Source: an uncultured Acidobacteriaceae bacterium
GTDB taxonomy: Bacteria; Acidobacteriota; Terriglobia; Terriglobales; Acidobacteriaceae
Direction: 5' to 3'
Length of the DNA: 64,000 bases
NCBI GenBank assembly: GCA_963840985.1
Contig: CAWJDN010000001.1
Span: 272 to 64,271, forward strand
How positions within the stretch are numbered: position 1 is the stretch's first letter; each line of letters opens with the position of its first letter. The notes below the pieces were generated by a model. That model searched no databases. It was not told where the DNA came from and worked only from the letters and a program-made list of their open reading frames with translations. The position numbers and the translations under genes are program-made. Below, piece after piece: positions 18,857 through 28,522 of this stretch.

Positions 18857-21313
18857 TCACGCAATTAGCTGCTCACTTGCAATTTCTTGCGGCCGTTCGT
18901 CGTGACGCGTCAGGCGCGCCGGACGGCCCAGCAGGAAGCCTTGCACCTCGTCACAACCCAGATTGCGCAGCATGTCCAACTGTCGCTGGGTTTCGACCCC
19001 TTCCACAATCACTCGCTTGCCGATACTATGCGCCAGCGAAATCATCCCGTGAATGAGCGGCACAGCGGCGTCATTGGCGCCGATCTGCGTGACAAAGCAA
19101 CGATCGATCTTGAGTATGTCGAAGGGCAGCTTGGGAAGATAACCGAGCGAAGAGTAGCCCGTGCCGAAGTCGTCCACTGAAATCCGGATTCCGTGCTCCC
19201 GCAACTGGGCCATTTTTGGGATGGCGCTGTCAATATCGCGCATCAGGACGGATTCGGTCAGTTCCAAATCCAGCAGGTGGCCGGCCAGCCCCGTTTCGCT
19301 CAGCACGTCCAGCACGGTATCTACGAAATCGGCGCGGCCGAATTGTAAGGGGGAAACATTAACGGCGACGCGCACCAAGGGTTTTCCATGGTCCTGCCAC
19401 CAGCGGCATTGCAGGCACGCCTCCAGCAGCACCCACTCGCCCAGCCGGAAGATGAGTCCGGTCTCTTCCGCCAAGGGAACGAATTGGCTGGGAGGCACGA
19501 AGCCCAGCTCCGGATGTGGCCACCGGGACAGCGCCTCGTAGGCGGTTTGCTGGTTGTCGGCTACCGTGAACATCGGCTGGTAATCCAGGCGCAGTTCCCC
19601 GCGGTCCAGCGCGTGGCGGAGGTCGGTTTCCATTTCCAGGCGAGCTTGGAAAGCGGCGCCCAGGGCCGGACGATAGAAGCGGATACGATCCTTGCCGGCT
19701 TGTTTGGCTTCATACATGGCTGCGTCGGCATTGCGCCGGAGCGCGCTGACATCGGTGCCGTCTCTGGGATAAATACTAATGCCCATACTGGCTGTGACGA
19801 CGAGCTCGTGATGAGCTATGAAGAACGGATCCCGCAGGGCGGCGGTCAGACGGTCCGCGACGCTCTGAGCCACCTGATCGTCGGTCACTCCGTTCACTAC
19901 CACCATAAATTCATCGCCGCCCATGCGAGCCAGCAGGTCTCCGCGCCGCACGCAGGCGCTCAGGCGCTGCGCCACCTGTTGTAGAAGAACATCGCCGACC
20001 TCGTGGCCCAAGGTGTCGTTGACAAATTTGAAGCCGTCCAGATCCACAAAGATGACCGCTGTTCCCGAGGCGTCCAGGTCGGCGCTGGCGATGCTGTCGG
20101 CCAGTCCCTGGGCGAGCGATAAACGGTTGGGCAGTCCCGTCAAGTGGTCATGCAAGGCCCGATGCGCCATCTCCTGTTCGGCCCGTTTGCGGACGCTGAT
20201 ATCGTGGGCGATGATGGCCGACCCGGTGAGTTGGCCCTGGGCAGTGCGGACTGGAGAGACGCTCAGTAGAACCGGGACTTGGCCGCCATCCTGGCGTTGG
20301 AACATCGCTTCGTCCTGACGCCTGGACTGCCCTTGTTGAATTTGCACGAGAATTTCGAGCGCCAGATCCTGAGAGGAGAACAATCCGGCGATGGACAGCG
20401 CTCGCGCCTCCGCCGCGAGGTAGCCGAGCAGTTGCTGCGCTCCGTCGTTCCAGGTAGTGATGGCTCCCGCAGTGTCGGTTGCGATGATCGCGTCCCCCGA
20501 GCATTGCACAATCGCCGCCAGTTGCGAGATGGCCTCCTCGGCCAGCTTGGCTTCGGTGACGTCGGTGGCGAGTCCGATCCACTTATAGGGTTCGCCCGCG
20601 GCGCTTTGGATGGCTTGTCCGCGATTGGAATAGTGATAAATTTTCCCGCTCCGGCCGAGCACCCGGAAATCGCCGCTGTAGCGTTCCCCGCTCTCTATAT
20701 AGCGGGCGAGCTCGGGAAGAATTTGCGGCAGGTCCTCCGGATGGACCATGCTTTTCCAGGCTTCGTAGCTGCGGGGCACCGGCCAGTCGCCCATGTGTTG
20801 ATGCCCCGGCCCGAACACGTCCACTGCCCCGCTCCGCAAATCCCATTCGTAGATCATGTCGCTGGCGTTCTCAGCGGCGATGCGGAAGCGCTCCTCGGAA
20901 GCCAGCAAGGCGTCCTCGGTTCGTTTTCTTTCCGTGATGTCCTCTACCAACGTAATGATTCGAAATGGTCCGTCCGGCTCGTTGGGAACCGTGATACTGG
21001 TTCGCACCCACACCACAGTTCCATCTTTGCGGAGCAACCGCCGCTCGTTGATGAAGCTGCCGATTTCCCCCGCCAGAATGCGCCGGAAGACATCCAAGCG
21101 CGCCGCCCGGTCTTCCGGATGGAGTGTTGCGCCAAAGTGCATCTGACACAGCTCCTCCGCATGAAAACCGCTCATCCGGCACAGGGCGGTATTGACGTAA
21201 ACGAATGTTCCCTGGCCGTCGATGATGGCCATGCCGATCGCGGCATCGGCAAACGCGGCGCGAAAACGACGCTCGCATTCCGGCAAAACAGCTGGGGTGG
21301 TTGGCGGCTCCAC
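18857..21313 (-). CDS. PAS-PAS-PAS-GGDEF-EAL diguanylate cyclase/phosphodiesterase
   Basis: Intact GGDEF, EAL and DDFGTGYSS motifs plus three PAS/PAC blocks. Start uncertain. Confidence 0.93.
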   Translation of the reverse strand: MEPPTTPAVLPECERRFRAAFADAAIGMAIIDGQGTFVYVNTALCRMSGFHAEELCQMHFGATLHPEDRAARLDVFRRILAGEIGSFINERRLLRKDGTVVWVRTSITVPNEPDGPFRIITLVEDITERKRTEDALLASEERFRIAAENASDMIYEWDLRSGAVDVFGPGHQHMGDWPVPRSYEAWKSMVHPEDLPQILPELARYIESGERYSGDFRVLGRSGKIYHYSNRGQAIQSAAGEPYKWIGLATDVTEAKLAEEAISQLAAIVQCSGDAIIATDTAGAITTWNDGAQQLLGYLAAEARALSIAGLFSSQDLALEILVQIQQGQSRRQDEAMFQRQDGGQVPVLLSVSPVRTAQGQLTGSAIIAHDISVRKRAEQEMAHRALHDHLTGLPNRLSLAQGLADSIASADLDASGTAVIFVDLDGFKFVNDTLGHEVGDVLLQQVAQRLSACVRRGDLLARMGGDEFMVVVNGVTDDQVAQSVADRLTAALRDPFFIAHHELVVTASMGISIYPRDGTDVSALRRNADAAMYEAKQAGKDRIRFYRPALGAAFQARLEMETDLRHALDRGELRLDYQPMFTVADNQQTAYEALSRWPHPELGFVPPSQFVPLAEETGLIFRLGEWVLLEACLQCRWWQDHGKPLVRVAVNVSPLQFGRADFVDTVLDVLSETGLAGHLLDLELTESVLMRDIDSAIPKMAQLREHGIRISVDDFGTGYSSLGYLPKLPFDILKIDRCFVTQIGANDAAVPLIHGMISLAHSIGKRVIVEGVETQRQLDMLRNLGCDEVQGFLLGRPARLTRHDERPQEIASEQLIA

Positions 21314-21441
21314 GTGGGTACTTATCGGCGCGCGCCTGGAATGCTTGAGGCCGGTTTTGCTGAGTCCCGGCTGGCACGGCCGCACCAGCGCGCTCTAAGG
21401 TTTGCCTGAGACGATGCTAGCGCGCCTGCCACTAATTCGCC

Positions 21442-22545
<1,104 letters not shown>

Positions 22546-22654
22546 ATTCAGCCTCCGAAACAGCCCGATAGCTCCAAAAGCCCATTCCATCGGGCTCCCA
22601 GTCGTGCTAACCTCAGGAAACTGAGGAAAAATGCGGATTTCAGGCATTCTTCTC

Positions 22655-22683
22655 TTTACAACTTGATTGTCATCCCGTATGAT
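22655..22683 (+). promoter_or_regulatory. Sigma70-type promoter of the HU gene
   Basis: TTTACA-N17-TATGAT about 100 nt upstream of the HU start. Confidence 0.65.
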
Positions 22684-22786
22684 TTGGTAGGAACAATTCA
22701 GCACGGTTATGTTTTAAACACCGCCGCCGAAATTGGCAGAACCTTACCCAAGGAAAGAGACCCAAAGTAAAGACAAGGAGAAGTAC

Positions 22787-23089
22787 ATGGCAGCAGCTAA
22801 GTTGACGCAGACGCAGGTGATTAAGGAACTGGCCGGCGCCACCGGTACGAGCACCAAGGTAGCCAAGCAGTTCGTCACAAGTTTCTCTGATCTGGCCGTT
22901 CGTGAAACCAAGAAAAACGGCATGTTTGTGATTCCCGGCATCGGCCGCCTGGTGCGGGTGGACCGCAAGGCTAGGATGGGCCGCAATCCCGCGACCGGCG
23001 AGGCTATCAAGATCCCAGCTAAGAAAGTAGTGAAATTCCGGGTAGCGAAAGCCGTAAAAGACGCGATCGTACCCCCCAAGAAGAAGTAG
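22787..23089 (+). CDS. hup: HU family DNA-binding protein
   Basis: Motifs IPGIGRL and RKARMGRNPATGEAIKIPAKKVVKF. AGGAG RBS. Confidence 0.95.
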   Translation: MAAAKLTQTQVIKELAGATGTSTKVAKQFVTSFSDLAVRETKKNGMFVIPGIGRLVRVDRKARMGRNPATGEAIKIPAKKVVKFRVAKAVKDAIVPPKKK

Positions 23090-23130
23090 CGGCGCGGCAG
23101 GTTTTCAAGGTAGCGTCCGTCTAAAAACAC

Positions 23131-23159
23131 AAACCCCCGCGTAGCCTCGCGGGGGTTTT
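23131..23159. terminator. Intrinsic, likely bidirectional terminator
   Basis: AAACCCCCGCG-N6-CGCGGGGGTTTT between the convergent hup and tatA genes. Confidence 0.85.
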
Positions 23160-23212
23160 GCTTTCTAAAGTCGATTCAGGTCCGCTCTAGGTGCGAGCAA
23201 ATCCAGGAAGCC

Positions 23213-23386
23213 TTACGCCTGCTTCTTATCGTCGACGTCGTGTTCCTCTGTCTTCAGAGCGTTCTTGAAGTTCTTAATACCTTCGCCCAAACCTTTCGCC
23301 ACCTCAGGAATCTTCTTTCCGCCAAACAGCAGAACGGCGACTACCAAAATGACCACCAGCTCAGGGAAGCCTATTGATCGGAACAT
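23213..23386 (-). CDS. tatA: Twin-arginine translocase subunit TatA/E (57 aa; not in the ORF track)
   Basis: Translates as [53 protein letters not shown]. Confidence 0.95.
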   Translation of the reverse strand: MFRSIGFPELVVILVVAVLLFGGKKIPEVAKGLGEGIKNFKNALKTEEHDVDDKKQA

Positions 23387-23449
23387 ACGGCCTCCTTTAT
23401 GGACACTACCTAATTGTAGGGAGCTTATTTCCTCGCAGTCAAGCCAAGG

Positions 23450-24298
23450 CTAAAGCCGCCCGATGAACTCCCGCAATGATTTGGCCCGCGCTCGGCTGGA
23501 ATCGGCGATAGTTCCCCCCGCCCCAGCGAGATTCGCGGCTGCCGGATTCCTGGTGCGGTAGTTCTCACTTTTCCGGACGTTGCGTACCAGATCGTCGATA
23601 GTTTCGCGCAGACTCCTGCCGTTCCGGTTCAGCTTGCCCAGATCGCGCACCTGCGGCTGGCCATTGGTCATCAGGACCTGGTACCACTGGTTCGTCACCG
23701 GATTGCCGAAGCTCACGTAGCCATTTTCGAGCACCGTATGGGGGCCCTTCAGGTTTCCCCGAAAGCTGTAAAGTGTGCCGGTAGCGCCGTTGGGATCGTA
23801 GTAGTGGGGCGTAATAAAATCGGAGAGCTGCCGCCCGTTCACGCCATAGGCGAATTGCTCGTCTTCGCAGGGATCGCAAACTTCCACCAAGTATAGTACC
23901 CGCCCTAGCTCGGTGATCGCTTGGGGCGCCTGGGGCGGCGGCGCACCCGCGATGGTGCGATTCCCGAATGGGTCGGCCAGCATCTCGAGCGTCTCGTGAC
24001 TCGCGGTCAGCTGCCACTGATCGTCGGCCTGCACCAGCGAGAAGGGTTGTCCATTCTCGTCGGTATGATAGCCGCCCGCGCCTGGCTGATCGATGTCATC
24101 GCGAATGATCACCGGCCAATAGTCCACCGGGACGGATTCCAAGGCGGCGAACGCGCTCACAGAAGCGCTTACCTGCCAGACCGGCCCGAAATCTCGAGTC
24201 GCCTGCTTCTGCAACGCCGCGGCCACCGCCGACACGTCTGAAAAACCGACGGTGGCAGTATCCGACACCAATGCAACCTGATGCGGTAGGGTACTCAT
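23450..24298 (-). CDS. Hypothetical protein with putative metal-binding motif
   Basis: Motifs GGYH, ASHETLEMLADP, EVCDPCE. GAGGA RBS. Confidence 0.75.
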   Translation of the reverse strand: MSTLPHQVALVSDTATVGFSDVSAVAAALQKQATRDFGPVWQVSASVSAFAALESVPVDYWPVIIRDDIDQPGAGGYHTDENGQPFSLVQADDQWQLTASHETLEMLADPFGNRTIAGAPPPQAPQAITELGRVLYLVEVCDPCEDEQFAYGVNGRQLSDFITPHYYDPNGATGTLYSFRGNLKGPHTVLENGYVSFGNPVTNQWYQVLMTNGQPQVRDLGKLNRNGRSLRETIDDLVRNVRKSENYRTRNPAAANLAGAGGTIADSSRARAKSLREFIGRL

Positions 24299-24417
24299 AG
24301 TGATCCTCCTCAATTGGGAAAATGGGAGGGTGATGGCGGGTCGCCGTTCACGCTAAAGGCGGATGACTCTGGTTGCGGCGAACCAAAGCCAATGGAATAG
24401 TAACATGGGAGCGGCGC

Positions 24418-26010
24418 TTACTTACATTCGAAATTGGCCGCATCGTTCTGCGACCCCGTACCGCTGTAATGCGGAAAAGTGGGATAAGCGCATACCGGCC
24501 GGCTGACGCCGGGAAACGACTTGCCCTTGGCCTGCATGTGCTCGGGCGCCTGATTGTTCTCGGTCCAATCCACCAGTGCGGTCAACGGGTCGAAATCCTC
24601 CAGCGCCGGACCTCCGCCGCAGTGATTCATGCCAGGAACTTCGAAGAAGCGTACCCACGGGTGGGTCTTTTCCAACCCGCCGTTATCGCGCACCACGCGC
24701 TCGTAGTAGCGCGCCGTGTCGTAAGCCGAAAAGAACGGATCGCTCATCCCGTGAATCATGATCAGCTTATTGCCATGTTCTGAGAACGTCGAAAGAAATG
24801 TGAGCATGGAATCCTGCAGAACGCCGGTGTCGTTGAGCCGCGCTGGATCTGTGTCGAAGTTGAACTTCATGGGATCGAAGTCCGGCGCTGGTGGCGTAAA
24901 GAAAAAACCTTTGAGCCCGCTGAACATCAGAAGCACGTCCGCCGAATTGGGCGTAGCGGACTCTGAAGTGCCCAGTTTCAGGGCGCGCCAGCCGGGTGCA
25001 GCGATGCCGGCGTCATAAGGCCAGTCCGAATACAGCGCTTCGCCGCGCGAATTCTTCGGACCAGCGAATACTTTTTTCAAAACGTCCACCTGTTGCAGTG
25101 AGAGGCACGCGTCGGTCTTGGCCCCCTGGCAGGCCAGCACCGCCGGATCGAAGGAGCATGCTTTGGTATTGAAGATGAGTCCGTCCTTCACTCCGTCCTG
25201 GGCGTCGCAAGCGTCGGTCACAGCTTTACTCAGGAGGGTGAGGTCGCTGTTTGAGAACGCCTTGGACAGGATCGGGCGGCCCGCTGAATCCTTCGGAGCA
25301 ATTGCAGAGAACGCGATGGTTTCCCAAACCGAACTGATGGTCGTCGTGCCTACGCGAGCGGCCGGCGCCACCGACAACACTCCATCGAATTCGAGCGGAA
25401 AGCGCTGCGCTGCAAGAAGCGCCTGCCGGCCGCCATTGGAGCAGCCCATGAAGTACGATTTTTTCCAGGGCCGCCCATAATAGCTTGCGATCATCCGTCG
25501 CGCCAGTTGCGTCACAGCGATGAAACCGCCGTAGGCTTGATCTACGCGCGCCTGCTGATCGCTGCCGAATGAGGAATCGGAAGGCGCCGCAAATGGCCCG
25601 CCTTTCCCCTGATGCCCGGAGTCGGTGGATGCCACCGCAAACCCGCGCGCCAGCGCCGGCACAGCCGTGGAGCCCGAGATCGGTACGGCACCGGTAGCGG
25701 GCCGCACCAGGCCATCCATGCCGCCGCCTCCCTGAAACAGAAAGCGCCCCGTCCAGGAATCGGGTAAACGCAATTCGAAACCGATTCCAAATTGTTGGCC
25801 ACCGTTCCCGATCCGCTTGTTGATCGTCCCCTGCACTAAACAGTATGCAGGTAGGGCGGCGCGGGCTGGAACCGCTTCCGCCTTGGAAAACTCCACCGCC
25901 AGAACGTCAAACTTGAGCAGTTCCGCGCAGGCGCGTTTTGGCGAAGTGGTTTGTGCATGGCTGAGGACGGAGGCCGCAAGCGCCATCATCAACGTTACCC
26001 GATGTGACAT
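24418..26010 (-). CDS. Tannase/feruloyl esterase family hydrolase
   Basis: Motifs GCSNGGRQ, HGMSD, PGMNHCGGG, RPVCAYP and a signal peptide. Confidence 0.93.
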   Translation of the reverse strand: MSHRVTLMMALAASVLSHAQTTSPKRACAELLKFDVLAVEFSKAEAVPARAALPAYCLVQGTINKRIGNGGQQFGIGFELRLPDSWTGRFLFQGGGGMDGLVRPATGAVPISGSTAVPALARGFAVASTDSGHQGKGGPFAAPSDSSFGSDQQARVDQAYGGFIAVTQLARRMIASYYGRPWKKSYFMGCSNGGRQALLAAQRFPLEFDGVLSVAPAARVGTTTISSVWETIAFSAIAPKDSAGRPILSKAFSNSDLTLLSKAVTDACDAQDGVKDGLIFNTKACSFDPAVLACQGAKTDACLSLQQVDVLKKVFAGPKNSRGEALYSDWPYDAGIAAPGWRALKLGTSESATPNSADVLLMFSGLKGFFFTPPAPDFDPMKFNFDTDPARLNDTGVLQDSMLTFLSTFSEHGNKLIMIHGMSDPFFSAYDTARYYERVVRDNGGLEKTHPWVRFFEVPGMNHCGGGPALEDFDPLTALVDWTENNQAPEHMQAKGKSFPGVSRPVCAYPTFPHYSGTGSQNDAANFECK

Positions 26011-26044
26011 CAAGCCGAATTATATTAGAAACGCACCGCAGAAG

Positions 26045-26572
26045 CTAAGAAATTTGGAAGGCGAAGTAGCCGAGGTATCCCAGCCCCGTTCCGATCAGAG
26101 CGCCCGCCACCACGTCACTCAGGAAATGCATGCCGAGCAGAATGCGCGACATCGCGATACTGAGAGCGCAGAACAGCAAGCCGATGGTCAGCGTAGGATA
26201 AAACAGCGACAGGGGTATGGCGACGGCGAAGGCCGTCATGGTGTGGCCGGACGGGAAAGAGAATTGATCGGGTGGAAGCAGCGTGGCCCAGCAATGCGGC
26301 TCGATCTGGCACGGACGGCGGCGTCCCGTCAGGCGCTTGAGGCAGATGAACAGGAGAATGCTCAGGACGGATGACAAACCTGCGGCGCCCACGGCTTCAA
26401 AGCGGGTCTTGCCGCCCAGCAGCGCGATTGCCAGCCCCATCGCGTACCACAGCCAGCCGTCGCCCCCGCGCGTAGCGCTGATGACGTACAGGCGCACCCA
26501 GCGCGGCGCCTCCCAATTGTTGGCACGGCGCATCACGCTATGGTCGCCCTTCGTGATAAGACTTCGCACCAT
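26045..26572 (-). CDS. PAP2 family phosphatase
   Basis: Motifs KRLTGRRRP, SFPSGH, SRILLGMHFLSD. Confidence 0.92.
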   Translation of the reverse strand: MVRSLITKGDHSVMRRANNWEAPRWVRLYVISATRGGDGWLWYAMGLAIALLGGKTRFEAVGAAGLSSVLSILLFICLKRLTGRRRPCQIEPHCWATLLPPDQFSFPSGHTMTAFAVAIPLSLFYPTLTIGLLFCALSIAMSRILLGMHFLSDVVAGALIGTGLGYLGYFAFQIS

Positions 26573-26749
26573 CCTACTTCAGAATATACTGCCGGCCCCG
26601 TTACATTCTGTTGAAGAAATGGTTTCGAGTAAATCAATCTTGACTGCAAACGTAACTGTGACAAACTGTTCTTTGCAAAGTACTACGCGAATTCACCTCT
26701 TTCCCGGCCTGAAACGGCTGGATCTAGCGCAGCCCAGAGGTCCCAAGTA

Positions 26750-27919
26750 GTGCAGCGGCTGGACTTCCTGTTCTTCGACGCGGGCGGAGGCCATCGCTCT
26801 GCCGCCAACGCCCTCAAAGCTGTCATCGAGCAGCAGGACCGCCCATGGGAAATTCGGCTGGTAAATCTCCAGGAAATACTCGATCCGCTGGATATTTTTC
26901 GCAAATATACCGGAATCCGGATGCAAGACGTATACAACGTCATGCTGCAAAAGGGCTGGACGCTGGGGTCGGCGCAGGGCACGGTACTGATGCACGGGCT
27001 GATTCGGCTGTACCACGGGGGCCAAGTGCGGCTGCTCCGCGAATTCTGGAAGCAGGGCGAGCGCGATCTGGTGGTTTCGCTGATCCCGAATTTCAATCGG
27101 GCTCTGTGTGAGAGCTTGCGCCAAAGTTCGCCCGCCACGCCGCTGGTGACCATCCTGACGGACCTGGCGGATTATCCTCCGCACTTTTGGATCGAACAGC
27201 AGGATCAATATTTGATTTGCGGCACTCCAAAGGCGGTAGAACAGGCGCGCGCGCTGGGCCACCCGCGGGACCACATTTTCGCGACTTCGGGAATGATTCT
27301 GCGCCCCAGCTTCTATCAGCCGGTGACCGCGGATCGGGTATCGGAACGCCTGCGGTTGGGCCTGGATCCTGACTTACCCACCGGGCTGGTGCTGTTCGGC
27401 GGCCAAGGGTCGAGCGTAATGCCGGAAATCGCGCGGCGGGTAAATGCGAACGCGCAGTTCATCTTCATTTGCGGGCGCAACAAGAAACTGGCCGAACATC
27501 TGCGCGGCATGCAAACGAAGTTTCCGAAGTATGTGGAAGAGTTCACCAGCGAGATTCCCTACTACATGCATCTTTCCGATTTCTTCGTCGGCAAGCCTGG
27601 GCCGGGCAGTATTAGCGAAGCCATCGCGATGCGGCTTCCGGTGGTGGTGGAGCGCAATGCCTGGACGCTTCCGCAGGAGCGCTACAACGCCGAATGGATT
27701 ATAGAGAAACAGGTGGGCGTGGTGCTGCGGTCGTTCCGCGAGATCGATAGCGGGTTGCGAGAATTGCTGGATCCGGCGAATCTTGCCCGCTTTCGCGCCA
27801 ACGCCGCGGCCATCACGAATCGCGCAGTTTTTGAGATTCCCGATATCCTGGAGACTTTGCTGCAAGCAGAAACGCGCCCAGTGCAATCGCCTCTCCCACC
27901 AGAAAAAGCGGCCAATTGA
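26750..27919 (+). CDS. MGDG synthase-like glycosyltransferase (GT28)
   Basis: Motifs AGGGHRSAA, ICGRN, GKPGPGSISEA, PQERYN. Confidence 0.88.
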   Translation: MQRLDFLFFDAGGGHRSAANALKAVIEQQDRPWEIRLVNLQEILDPLDIFRKYTGIRMQDVYNVMLQKGWTLGSAQGTVLMHGLIRLYHGGQVRLLREFWKQGERDLVVSLIPNFNRALCESLRQSSPATPLVTILTDLADYPPHFWIEQQDQYLICGTPKAVEQARALGHPRDHIFATSGMILRPSFYQPVTADRVSERLRLGLDPDLPTGLVLFGGQGSSVMPEIARRVNANAQFIFICGRNKKLAEHLRGMQTKFPKYVEEFTSEIPYYMHLSDFFVGKPGPGSISEAIAMRLPVVVERNAWTLPQERYNAEWIIEKQVGVVLRSFREIDSGLRELLDPANLARFRANAAAITNRAVFEIPDILETLLQAETRPVQSPLPPEKAAN

Positions 27920-28517
27920 AAGGGTTAGGAATTCCGCCCGTGGTTGTGTTGCGGAAATCCCACACGAACGCGATCACGATCACCGCCGCGCCCGCCAGCA
28001 CTCCAGCCCAGTGCGGCAGCCGGCCGCGCAGGCCTCCGGCGCGAAGAGAGATCAGGCCGCAGACGATCATGCTGAGCGCCACCACTACCGGCGCCCAAAC
28101 GGGGCCCACCCAAGGCAGCGGAATCAGAAACAGAATGTCCCAGGTATTGAGTGACTCCGGCCAGTGAATCATCAGCCTCAAGAATGCATAGAAGGCGATG
28201 TCCCACACTCCGAACGCGATGACAAAGGCCGCCATCCACTCATGCAGATTCCCGGCTACGGCTAATGCAACCGAACCCAGCATCAGCATGGTTGCCGCTT
28301 CACGGCCGACTTCAATTGCAAGGCGTCGGGAATTCTCGGGACCGGCGTTAGCGAGTTCTTTTTGGGTGATGAGCGGAAACAAATCGTTGGGGCCGCGTTC
28401 CGGATGCAACCGGGCGCGAATGGGATTGTAAATGGCACGCAGGTAGACGACAACAGCAGCCTCGACGTAGCCGAATGAAATCCCGAACAAAAACAGAGCT
28501 GCAACAGCGCGACGCAT
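27813..28517 (-). CDS. Hypothetical integral membrane protein
   Basis: Multiple TM helices with motifs EAAVVVYLR, REAAT, WDILFLIPLPW. The 3' end overlaps the convergent gene by ~107 bp. Confidence 0.8.
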   Translation of the reverse strand: MRRAVAALFLFGISFGYVEAAVVVYLRAIYNPIRARLHPERGPNDLFPLITQKELANAGPENSRRLAIEVGREAATMLMLGSVALAVAGNLHEWMAAFVIAFGVWDIAFYAFLRLMIHWPESLNTWDILFLIPLPWVGPVWAPVVVALSMIVCGLISLRAGGLRGRLPHWAGVLAGAAVIVIAFVWDFRNTTTGGIPNPFNWPLFLVGEAIALGAFLLAAKSPGYRESQKLRDS

Positions 28518-28522
28518 AAATC

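Noticed and set aside
21314-21441. LexA box upstream of recA
   Set aside because: No GTTC-N7-GTTC, CTGT-N8-ACAG or GAAC-N4-GTTC motif was found by eye.
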